In this document: positions 9,891-18,520 of the stretch, in pieces | Position numbering within the stretch: position 1 is the stretch's first letter | How the letters are laid out: the number at the start of each line of letters is the position of its first letter | Source: an uncultured bacterium | GTDB taxonomy: Bacteria; JAJVIF01; JAPKYR01 | Direction of reading: 5' to 3' | DNA: 30,857 bases | NCBI GenBank assembly: GCA_965369865.1 | Contig: CBDURU010000030.1 | Location: forward strand, 1 to 30,857 | Program-made: the position numbers and the translations under genes | The notes under the pieces: generated by a model | Seen by the model: only the letters and a program-made list of their open reading frames with translations | Database searches by the model: none | Told to the model about the DNA's origin: nothing

Positions 9891-9964
9891 GGGGACATGC
9901 CATTTTTCTCCAGTGATAAACCTGACTTTACCATTACGTATCAAGGGAAAAATGCCGTGTCCCC
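9891..9964 (+). repeat. 74-bp hairpin repeat, copy 2 (tandem with copy 1, 99-bp period)
   Basis: Near-identical to copy 1, including the tail GATGTTAAAAAATACT. Confidence 0.95.
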
Positions 9965-10011
9965 GATGTTAAAAAATACTTTCAAGTAGTATTGGTCTAA
10001 GGAGTTATAAA

Positions 10012-12456
10012 GTGGTTCAAGCAGATTCAGATAGTAAAGATGTATGCCTGCCGTACAGCCAGATCGGGAAGGAATCGGGAGAACATAATTTCGAGCTCCT
10101 GGACAAAAAACTTCTTGCACCGGATACCTGGGAGATGGTTTTTCGAGCGCCGCTGGTTGCGAGAGCACGTAAGCCCGGACAGTTCGTGATCATTCTCGCT
10201 CATCCAAGAGCGGAGCGAATTCCCATTTCGCTCAAAGGCGGGGATGCGGGTAAAGGTACAATTTCTGTCATCATCCAGTCTGTCGGGAAATCATCCGCCG
10301 AAATCACATCCATAGAGCCCGGTCAGGCTGTAGACAGTATCCTCGGACCACTCGGAACTCCAACGCACATTATCCCAAATTGTGGAACCGCAGTATGTCT
10401 CGGTGGCGGCTACGGCACAGGCGCGATTATCTCTGTCTGTGAAGCCAACCGTAAAGCGGGCAACAGGGCGATCGCTATCGTCGGCGCACGTTCAGAAGAC
10501 CTCTTACTCTGTCTTAACGAGCTTGAGGAAGCCGCCGACGAAGTTATGATCACCACTGACGACGGTTCTCGCGGCATCAAGGGATTCGTGACACACGCGC
10601 TCCAGGAACTTATCGATCGCGGCGAAAAAGTCGGCTGGACTTTTTCAGTCGGCCCTGTACCCATGATGCGCGCGGTCGCCAACATGACAGAACCACTCGG
10701 TATTCCGAGTTACGCGTCGCTAAACGCGATCATGCTCGACGGGACCGGCATGTGCGGCGTCTGCCGTGTCGAGGTCGGTGGTGAAGTCAAGTTCGCATGC
10801 TTCCACGGCCCTGATTTCGACGCGCATAAAATCAACTGGGATAATCTGGTCGATAGAATCCAGTGGTACCACAAGGATGAACAGAAGATTTACGACCTTT
10901 ACAAGGAAGGCAATCTTCCCGATATAGATGACTGCACTACACTAAAAACTCCGACCGTTGAGGAACTCGATAAATCCTGGTTCGCAACACTTCCCGAAGG
11001 GCTTGCGCTTGATGAACTCGGTGAGGGCCTCCGGGCCAATTGGCGGATGAAAATCCCGCGCCAGATGATTCCCGAGCAGAAACCGGAAGTTAGAATTCAG
11101 AATTTCGATGAGGTCGCCCTTGGATTTTCGACCGAGCAGGCAATTGTTGAAGCCAACCGCTGCCTCCAGTGTAAAGATCCGAAATGCATCCCGGGTTGCC
11201 CGGTTTACATCGATATACCCCGCTTTATTCAAAAAATTGTTGATAAAGACTTCCTCGCCGCGAACGATGTAATCCTCGAAACAAATACTTTCGGTGGCGT
11301 TACCGGACGGGTCTGCCCGCAGGATGTGCAGTGCGAAATTGTATGTATAGTCGGCAAGCGTGGCAAACCGGTTGCTATCGGACGCCTTGAGCGTTTTGTG
11401 TCCGATTATGCCCGTATGCACGGAGGCGGAGACCTGCCTGAACTGCCGGAGCCTACCGGTAAGAAAGTCGCGATTATCGGCTCAGGTCCCGCCGGTCTCA
11501 CAACTGCCGGCGAGTTGATCCAGAAAGGCCATGAAGTCACAGTCTTCGAAGCGCTCCATAAAATCGGCGGCGTTCTTATTTACGGTATCCCCGAATTCAG
11601 GCTCCCGAACGAGATTGTAGATTCCGAGGTCGACAAGCTTAGAAAAATGGGAGTTAAGTTTGTTAACAACGCTCTCATCGGGCAGGCCTACACAATAGAT
11701 GAACTCATGACCGACATGGGTTTCGACGCGGTTTTCCTCGGGACCGGCGCGGGACTCCCCTGGATGCTTGGAATTCCGGGGGAGAATGCGAAAGGTGTTT
11801 ACACCGCTAACGAATTCCTTACCCGTGTCAATATGATGCGTGCCGATAAATTCCCCGAATACTCAACCCCGGTTACACTCGGTGAAAACACTGCGGTTAT
11901 CGGATGCGGTAATACCGCTATGGACGGTGCGAGGGTCAGCAAGCGCCTTGGAAAGAACTCCACCATCGTTTACAGGCGTACACGCGCTGAAGCTCCCGCC
12001 CGTACCGAGGAAATCGAGCACGCGATCCAGGAAGGCGTCGAATTCCACTGGCTCACCCAGCCCCTGGAAATTCTCGTCGATGACGATGGCTGGGTGAAGG
12101 GTATGAAATGCATAAAGATGGAACTCGGCGAACCCGACGCGTCCGGGCGGCGAAGGCCGGTAGCAATTGAAGGCACCGAGTTTGAACTGGAATGCGATAT
12201 TGTAATTTCCGCGCTTGGATTCGGTGTAAATCCCCTAATCGCATCGACCACGCCCGGCCTTGAGACTGACAGGTGGGGAGTCCTGAGCGCCGATAAGGAA
12301 ACCGGTAAAACGACCAAGAGGGGTGTCTTTGCCGGCGGCGACAGCATCACAGGTGGAGCGACCGTAATTCTCGCGATGGGCCAGGCGAAAATCGCGTCGG
12401 TCGCCATGCACGAATTCCTGATGTCCGGCGAATGGACCGACTTCTGCCCCGAATGA
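10012..12456 (+). CDS. nfnAB: Fused NfnA-NfnB (SudB-SudA) NADH-dependent reduced ferredoxin:NADP+ oxidoreductase (often annotated PyrK/GltD fusion)
   Basis: N-part: FAD/NAD-binding ERIPIS, GGGYG and the [2Fe-2S] motif MLDGTGMCGVCRV...CFHGPDF. C-part: RCLQCKDPKCIPGCP, GRVCPQDVQCEIVC, IIGSGPAGL, VIGCGNTAMD, FAGGDSITG. GTG start with AAGGAG RBS. Confidence 0.9.
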   Translation: MVQADSDSKDVCLPYSQIGKESGEHNFELLDKKLLAPDTWEMVFRAPLVARARKPGQFVIILAHPRAERIPISLKGGDAGKGTISVIIQSVGKSSAEITSIEPGQAVDSILGPLGTPTHIIPNCGTAVCLGGGYGTGAIISVCEANRKAGNRAIAIVGARSEDLLLCLNELEEAADEVMITTDDGSRGIKGFVTHALQELIDRGEKVGWTFSVGPVPMMRAVANMTEPLGIPSYASLNAIMLDGTGMCGVCRVEVGGEVKFACFHGPDFDAHKINWDNLVDRIQWYHKDEQKIYDLYKEGNLPDIDDCTTLKTPTVEELDKSWFATLPEGLALDELGEGLRANWRMKIPRQMIPEQKPEVRIQNFDEVALGFSTEQAIVEANRCLQCKDPKCIPGCPVYIDIPRFIQKIVDKDFLAANDVILETNTFGGVTGRVCPQDVQCEIVCIVGKRGKPVAIGRLERFVSDYARMHGGGDLPELPEPTGKKVAIIGSGPAGLTTAGELIQKGHEVTVFEALHKIGGVLIYGIPEFRLPNEIVDSEVDKLRKMGVKFVNNALIGQAYTIDELMTDMGFDAVFLGTGAGLPWMLGIPGENAKGVYTANEFLTRVNMMRADKFPEYSTPVTLGENTAVIGCGNTAMDGARVSKRLGKNSTIVYRRTRAEAPARTEEIEHAIQEGVEFHWLTQPLEILVDDDGWVKGMKCIKMELGEPDASGRRRPVAIEGTEFELECDIVISALGFGVNPLIASTTPGLETDRWGVLSADKETGKTTKRGVFAGGDSITGGATVILAMGQAKIASVAMHEFLMSGEWTDFCPE

Positions 12457-12560
12457 CCGGTAACCGAACTGCGTGGCGTCGACACGCTCAGTGAGACATC
12501 TCCATCCCGCAAGCCTTCAAAATTCTACGCGTTGAACGTGCTTGTCGGCGCCTTGGTTAA

Positions 12561-12600
12561 TTACAAAAAACCAGATGTAGGGGCGCTGCTTGCCTTGCCC
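12561..12600 (+). repeat. REP-containing direct repeat, left copy
   Basis: TTACAAAAAACCAGATGTAGGGGCGCTGCTTGC closely matches 16100-16135; contains a GTAG REP-like motif from 12577. Confidence 0.75.
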
Positions 12601-12641
12601 GGCTCGACCTGTTTGAGTCATCGAAACCCCTGCGTGAAGCC

Positions 12642-12881
12642 ATGCTGGAACGGTTGCTGCCGATCGTGCTCATAACGCTTGGGATCGACAATGAACGCGT
12701 GATCGAACTCGCCCAGGACACGAAAGCCAAGCGTGAGTTCTATTTTGAGACGCTATTCACCAAGGTGAAAGAAACAACAGAAGCTGTCATGCTTAAGTTC
12801 GATGAAAAACTCGTGTGGCGTATCGCGGATGAGTTGTTTGAGTGTGTTGTTAAAGGGGAGAAGGTGTTGGAAGGACTGTAA
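12642..12881 (+). CDS. Small hypothetical protein or 3' gene remnant
   Basis: 79 aa of natural-looking helical sequence with no clear RBS; the frame stays open upstream into the REP, and the stop abuts the Rhs fragment junction. Confidence 0.35.
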   Translation: MLERLLPIVLITLGIDNERVIELAQDTKAKREFYFETLFTKVKETTEAVMLKFDEKLVWRIADELFECVVKGEKVLEGL

Positions 12882-12887
12882 GCTGAT

Positions 12888-13475
12888 TCCCCGACCGTCG
12901 AATTCATATTTCATCTCGGAGCGCGTCGAAATCGTGTCCTGCTTTGCGTTATCGCGCACCACTTTACGAACCAGACGCCCGACGTCATCGTAATGAAATT
13001 GTATCACATAGTCCTCGGGCCCGTACTTGCCGGTATCGGCATCGCCCATCGTCACCATCGCGATCTGCTTCACCGCGCCATTCCCAGAGTACTGATAGTG
13101 AATTTCAGTCTCCGGTTTCTTGGTCGATGTTTTGTCCGGATAGATCACCTTTGCGACACGCCCGATCTCGTCCCGCTTCACAAAATACGGCTCACCCTCT
13201 GGACCCATGATTTCCTTCCCGGCAACCCGACCGGTCGCTTCAAGTCCGCCCTTCATGCCGTACAAATACCGTTGCGGCTCAGTATCCACCCAGTTCGTCT
13301 CAGAATGATCCTCGGTGTTGTCCGGCCACCCGGACGTGTCCGCGCAGTAATGCCCGAACTCCGGATCGGAATATTTCTTCCGGCGATTCGCTGTGTCGTA
13401 TTCGTAGAGTAGTGAATGGTACTTATCAGTCCCGACCTTCATAATCTCGAATCGACTTGTCATAGGTAATTTCAT
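12888..13475 (-). pseudogene. Orphan Rhs/YD-repeat core fragment
   Basis: YD-type repeats (YEYDTANRR, KRDEIGRVAKVIYP, FHYDDVGRLVRK, YEFDGRG); Rhs similarity ends at about 12890; shares an identical 50 bp with the larger Rhs ORF. Confidence 0.8.
12976..13025. repeat. 50-bp perfect direct repeat within Rhs cores (copy A)
   Basis: CGCCCGACGTCATCGTAATGAAATTGTATCACATAGTCCTCGGGCCCGTA, identical to 16027-16076. Confidence 0.95.
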
Positions 13476-13602
13476 ATTTCCCAGTGCCTACCATCTAAGT
13501 CAGTTTCCCCTTAAAGATATTCAACCACGTATCCGTACCACTATTCTCACCACCCACCGACATGCCTTCGCTTTTCAAAGGGCTTCACCTGGGAATTCTA
13601 CA

Positions 13603-14184
13603 TTAAATGGAATTTTCATTTATAATGTAATAAGACAATAAATCAAATATTCCTTCATTGTCGCAGTATCCTCTAATTGTATTCAGGTCTTCATCCGGTT
13701 CAATCATGCCATCCATTAGCATAATTGCAGCTAACCATTGTCGATCATTTCCTTCTGTATTTTTAATCATTTTCCACGCAATATACAGTCGTTTCCTGCG
13801 TGGTGTTAACATGTTTGGAATAATCCCCATTGTGTAATGAAGAATTTGAGTATCTCCAACTATAACCCTATAAAGAGAAAGCACCTTTTTATTATTTTGA
13901 TAAGATAATTTTTTTAATATACCATGTGAGAATGCATTATCTAGTATTGTAATGATTACATCCCGGTCACCAGGATACCTTGAGAAACTATCGAGAAGAA
14001 ATCCAACGAGTTTATTCCTTTTTGACGGATATTCAAACAAGTCATTAGATATTCCTCGGTAAAGTTTAATAGTATATTCTTCAGTACTAAAAACTGGATC
14101 ATCAATTGCGTTATAATTAGTAGATTGTGATGCATATTGAGTGATAATTAAAAGGACGATAAAATATATTTTATAATGGTACAT
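13603..14184 (-). CDS. Putative immunity protein for the Rhs C-terminal domain, with N-terminal signal/TM segment
   Basis: Directly downstream of the Rhs stop; ATG 14184 with AGGAG at 14195-14199; very AT-rich; begins MYHYKIYFIVLLIITQYASQS. Confidence 0.6.
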   Translation of the reverse strand: MYHYKIYFIVLLIITQYASQSTNYNAIDDPVFSTEEYTIKLYRGISNDLFEYPSKRNKLVGFLLDSFSRYPGDRDVIITILDNAFSHGILKKLSYQNNKKVLSLYRVIVGDTQILHYTMGIIPNMLTPRRKRLYIAWKMIKNTEGNDRQWLAAIMLMDGMIEPDEDLNTIRGYCDNEGIFDLLSYYIINENSI

Positions 14185-14204
14185 TGTACTATTTCTCCTT
14201 CTTA

Positions 14205-16099
14205 TTAGTCCCAAAAATCCAGGTTTTCACAAAAACCTTTTTCTATATCTACAACAATTTTACAGCATTCTTCACATACGAGTAAATCACAGTTCTCTTC
14301 ACACCATTCATGCCTTCTATCTATAAATGATTCCCAAGCATGAAGGCCTTTTATTTCAAGATAGTAACAGCATTCAAAAAATGTCATTCTCCTAAGATCA
14401 TCTACGCAATCACAATCGGCTTCTTCACATAAATTGACAAGACCAGGAATCATCGGAGTATGAAATTCATCATCACATGCACCGGCATTTGTATCAAAAA
14501 TTCCTGCTACGCATAGGCCACAGCGATGTATAGCTTTTCTAATATCGTGCTCATCATTTATATTTCCATGAGGATCATCTTGACTATAATCGACAACAGC
14601 ATCACAGAAGCATCTGCCCATGGATGGTCCACAAAGTAAATCACGACAGGAAGATGCTGGAGCACAGGGATCAAGAATTAAGGGGCATGCGGCTATTCCT
14701 TGAATACAACAAAAATTGTAAAAATTCTGCCACATTGATTGCCCTGGTAAAAAAGAAATAATGCAATATTTCAATAATTCAAGACAATCCTCACAATTGC
14801 ACTTAGAAGTCGGAGTTTGTTTATGTGGTTTACGTCTTTTACCTTTACGTCCTGGGGGTAGTTTTTTATATCCCGATCCATTCCCACTGCTTGGAGGCTC
14901 ACCGAACCCACCCCCAAAACCATTCCCGTTACCTGGTGGCACAGGAAGCCCTCCCCCAGGTGCTTGTGGGTTGGATGCCCCTCCGCCTGAACCACCACCA
15001 AATCCGCCACCACCGAATCCGTAGTTAACAGTCCTCCCCAAGCCCCCCAAATAATGCCCACCGCCCATCTGCACTAACGGGTCGAAGCCGGCAGTGTCGC
15101 CGGACTTTGTGCCGCCGTACATTTCGACATAGCTTCCGGATGTCGTGAGATTGCCGAGTTCCTGGAAGGTGGAACCGGAGATCTGGTCGAGGGCGGATGA
15201 CTTGAAGTCGCGGTCGATTGTCGCGGCCACCGGATCACGCTCAGTTTTGAATTCGAACACGCCACGATTCGCCTGCATGTAGTAGTCGGTGTCATCTCCG
15301 CCATCGCGTTCGCGCTGACGCATACCCGCCGACTGCCTGAGATAATCCCTGGTGAGATCGTTGTACGTGTAAACCCACGAACCCTCAACGTCCTCTACAT
15401 CAAACAAAATTTCCTGCACAAGCTGCGAGCCGTCATAAACAAATCGCGTTAACGTTGCGTCCCAATAGCTCGTGTCCGAATTGTCGTTCCAACGCTGCCA
15501 GATTCGACCGCGCCCGTCATACGACAAATTCCCGCGCACATCCGATGCGGCTGTGTGGGTATACGATTTCAACCGGGTGATTTTGTCGTACGTAAATGTC
15601 CACTCAGCCCTATTCGCAAGGCGCCTGTCTGCATCGGCCGGCACAAAGGCATCAAAACTCTCTGTCCCGGTCAAATTGTTATTCGTATCGTAAGTGTATG
15701 AACCACCCTGGTTCACCGTCACAGGATAGCTGCCGCTCGTCCGATGGCTTTCAGCGACTCCGGTGAGCTGATAACCATTCGCGTATGTACGCGTTTCCGT
15801 AAAAGCCCAACCGTGATTGTCGCTGAATTTAACAGTCAGCACATTGCCCCCAAGATCATATGTTTTCTGAACGTCCTGCAAAATTTCCATCCGGTCAGTA
15901 CCCACATTGTATTTCAGAATTTGCTCTCGTGTCAATTGACCTCTGCCGTCGAATTCATATTTCGATTCATACCTTGACGACTTCGACTCATCCACCGCAC
16001 TGTCCAGCACAACTTTCCGCACAACCCGCCCGACGTCATCGTAATGAAATTGTATCACATAGTCCTCGGGCCCGTAAGTGGTGTCGGTCGCGGCGCTGG
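14205..16099 (-). CDS. 5'-truncated Rhs/YD-repeat protein with Gly/Pro linker and Cys-rich C-terminal domain
   Basis: YD repeats (YDLGGNVL, YTYDTNNNL, FTYDKITRL, LSYDGRGRI, FVYDGSQLVQE); degenerate core end FDPLVQMGGGHYLGGLGR; AT-rich C-terminus with 26 Cys. The track N-terminus (16100-16160) is read-through of REP sequence, so the true start is unclear. Confidence 0.8.
16027..16076. repeat. 50-bp perfect direct repeat within Rhs cores (copy B)
   Basis: Identical to 12976-13025. Confidence 0.95.
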
Positions 16100-16141
16100 T
16101 TACAAAAAAATCCAGATGTAGGGTGCGCTGCTTGCTGCGCC
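16100..16141 (+). repeat. REP-containing direct repeat, right copy
   Basis: TTACAAAAAAATCCAGATGTAGGGTGCGCTGCTTGCTGCGCC; lies at the 5' truncation point of the Rhs ORF. Confidence 0.75.
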
Positions 16142-16181
16142 AGGAGAGGGCTAAGTTCAATTCCTGCTTCCGTCCTTCCCG

Positions 16182-16421
16182 TTATTCTCCCCACTCACTC
16201 GGGATGGCGCGTCGGATGCCTTTCTTCCTGTCCGATTTCGCCTTCCTCGCTATCTCCCTGATCTCCGTCTCCATCCCAAGCTCTTTCATCAGCCGGGCTT
16301 TATCCGGATCGCGCGGACGGTGGGTGATGATCCTCGGATCGATCGCCTTCAGAAGTGCAAGGTTAAATGCCGCCGAACTCTCGAACTCCCTCTGAATTTC
16401 CTGCCAGATCAGAATCCGCAT
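16182..16421 (-). CDS. Small basic hypothetical protein overlapping the end of the nucleotidyltransferase gene
   Basis: 79 aa; ATG lies within the last codons of the upstream ORF; AAAGGTGAG RBS-like sequence upstream. Confidence 0.65.
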   Translation of the reverse strand: MRILIWQEIQREFESSAAFNLALLKAIDPRIITHRPRDPDKARLMKELGMETEIREIARKAKSDRKKGIRRAIPSEWGE

Positions 16422-17080
16422 TGACTCTCACCTTTCTTCATGAATTGGATCAGTGCCGCCGCCGCTTCATCGGTCCCGATATCGTTTATGACCAGGGCAC
16501 GACTGATATCCTGCACCGGACGATAGAAGTCCCAGAGATCTTCATCACCGATACGTTTCGCCATGCGGGTTTCATCGATCCGATCCCTCTGGTGGAACGA
16601 AATCAGAAACGCGTTGAGAATATCGAGCGTCGAGCTGTGGCGCTTGTAGCTCTTTAGCCGCTTGGCGATACAGTCTTCCGGGCTTACAACCAGCAGGGGA
16701 ACCTTGTTGTAAACCAGCTCGATGGGTTCCTCGTTGGCATGCAATACATCTGAATGAATTTCCACGAGGGCCGATATTAAACGATTCACGTAATGCTTCG
16801 ATCCCTCCGGCAGCTCAAATCCCAGCAGTTCCAGCGCTTTTCCGGTAATTTCAGTGTCAGGGGCGATAATGTCGAGATCACCCGTCGCGAACCGTACACA
16901 CGCGTAAAATTCAACGGCTCCCCCGCCAACGAGAACCGGACGGTCGCCGCCCATCAATGTTGTAGCCCTCGTAATGACGCTCAGGAGAAAGATATGACGC
17001 TCCGGCGTGGGCTCCATCAAGGGATAATCGGTGATCTTCTGCCTTAGCTTTTCAATCGCCTTGTCAGTGTTTACAGTCAT
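16409..17080 (-). CDS. Pol-beta-superfamily nucleotidyltransferase (DUF6036/AbiEii-like)
   Basis: PVLVGGGAVEFY...ATGDLDII (GG motif plus DxD) and VVSPEDCIAKRL. Confidence 0.75.
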   Translation of the reverse strand: MTVNTDKAIEKLRQKITDYPLMEPTPERHIFLLSVITRATTLMGGDRPVLVGGGAVEFYACVRFATGDLDIIAPDTEITGKALELLGFELPEGSKHYVNRLISALVEIHSDVLHANEEPIELVYNKVPLLVVSPEDCIAKRLKSYKRHSSTLDILNAFLISFHQRDRIDETRMAKRIGDEDLWDFYRPVQDISRALVINDIGTDEAAAALIQFMKKGESQCGF

Positions 17081-17370
17081 TGCGCTCGATGATCAGATAT
17101 CCTTGCCGTTCATACAACCTGGTGTTTTATCCAGGCGGCTCCTTTAACTTTTATACTAAACATAAGCGTAATCCAATTCCATACTCCAAATCATACCGTA
17201 TTTTTATATGGTATCACATGGCGGACGAAATTTTGTGCATGTCCCTATCTACAGTATCGATTTTAAAAGGTATTTTTATGATGTTTTAATCAAACATAAC
17301 CCGATTTTATGTGTTCTAAAGTCAGCCCCGCAAGGATACTAATTCAGCCCGAAGTCCTATAGAGGCCCAC

Positions 17371-17928
17371 ATGCTCAGCATTCCATTCCTTAATTCGAAA
17401 CGTAAAACTTCTATTGAAACTAAAAATCAAACTCCCGACTGGGATGCCCTTATCTCCAATGCTTACATGGCTCTGCGCGGTAACGAACCTCGAAAGGCCC
17501 ACTCCCTGATCTCACCCTGGATCGAATCGAGGAGTGCGCCCGTTGAACTTCACAAATTAGCGGGTCTCGTGCTTACCGCGCTCGGAAGGCACACAGAATC
17601 GATTGATGAATTTGAAAAATTCCTGGCAAAGCACCCGAATTCCGTAAAATGCCTCCTCTCTGCAGGCCTCGCGGCAGCCCGTGTACCCGAACTTCAATGC
17701 GCGACCAAATATTTTAACCGCGCGATTCGTACAATCACAGGACGGGCACGGACTCTCCTTGAACCACTCCTGAAAAAAGACCTGTTCGACGTCCTCGCGA
17801 TCGTGGATCTTGTCAACGAAGTCGAATCCAATCCTGAAGATAACGATCGACGCCTGGCGCTTGCACTCGCGCTGGGTCGCGCAGGACATTTCAAAGCTGT
17901 TGAAAGATTCCTCCCCGTATTGGATTAA
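17371..17928 (+). CDS. Tetratricopeptide-repeat protein
   Basis: TPR-like helices LAGLVLTALGRHTESIDEFEKFLAKHP and RLALALALGRAGHF; GAGG RBS. Confidence 0.75.
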   Translation: MLSIPFLNSKRKTSIETKNQTPDWDALISNAYMALRGNEPRKAHSLISPWIESRSAPVELHKLAGLVLTALGRHTESIDEFEKFLAKHPNSVKCLLSAGLAAARVPELQCATKYFNRAIRTITGRARTLLEPLLKKDLFDVLAIVDLVNEVESNPEDNDRRLALALALGRAGHFKAVERFLPVLD

Positions 17929-17955
17929 GCGCTCACTGGACTTCCTGTCAGCTAC

Positions 17956-18477
17956 TCATTCCCATCCGATATCCTCCGGGGCAACTTCCCACACCTTCCT
18001 GTCCACGCTCCACATGTTCGGGCCGCCGATGTAAGGAACCCGAATGTCGACATTGTAGATAGTCATCGAGTTGCGGTCGACCGCGAGATAATATCCCCCG
18101 AAATTATCGCCAGGACTGGACTCGACAAATAAGATTGGCGGGAGTGGGGAGTCCCGGACATGTTCGTACCATGGAGTTGCAATCGAGACAGCACAAATCC
18201 CGGCGAGATCGATATCCAGCCGGCCCGATACTTCCGCCGCCCAGTTCAACGTGTCCGGATTCAAAGTCGGCATCGGCTCGTTCGGGTAATACCTGAAATA
18301 CCGCGCAACATGATTATCAAGACCCGGCTGTGTTTCAGAATAGCAGGTTATCCTGCATGTAATTGTGCCCGGGTAAGGATCGTTGTCGTCCGGGATGGCG
18401 GGATTATTCGATGAGCACGCGAGTCCTGCGATAACAAGGCCGGTAACGAGTACGATTATGGACAAGCTCCGGAGCAT
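17956..18477 (-). CDS. Hypothetical lipoprotein
   Basis: Signal MLRSLSIIVLVTGLVIAGLA-C followed by an SSNNPAIP linker. Confidence 0.8.
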   Translation of the reverse strand: MLRSLSIIVLVTGLVIAGLACSSNNPAIPDDNDPYPGTITCRITCYSETQPGLDNHVARYFRYYPNEPMPTLNPDTLNWAAEVSGRLDIDLAGICAVSIATPWYEHVRDSPLPPILFVESSPGDNFGGYYLAVDRNSMTIYNVDIRVPYIGGPNMWSVDRKVWEVAPEDIGWE

Positions 18478-18520
18478 TTTTTTTCGGAAATAAATGAAAG
18501 CGATTGATATCTGGAGTTAA

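Noticed and set aside
9792..9980. Tandem 74-bp repeats as a CRISPR array
   Set aside because: The repeat is too long, there are only two tandem copies, the intervening sequence is itself mostly repeated, and there are no cas genes.
9798..9989. 63-aa ORF MPFFSSDRPDFT...
   Set aside because: It is a translation of the two repeat copies; the same peptide falsely extends the TetR ORF at 22612-22704.
10012..12456. Glutamate synthase or dihydroorotate dehydrogenase call
   Set aside because: There is no gltB or pyrD neighbour, and the DGTGMCG.C motif with this fusion fits NfnAB/SudAB.
12753..12887. C-terminus of track ORF 12753..13475 as an Rhs toxin tip
   Set aside because: It is short read-through antisense to ORF 12642-12881 after the truncation point, with no core-end motif.
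17080..17289. 69-aa ORF between the NTase and TPR genes
   Set aside because: AT-rich divergent promoter region; no RBS and atypical composition.
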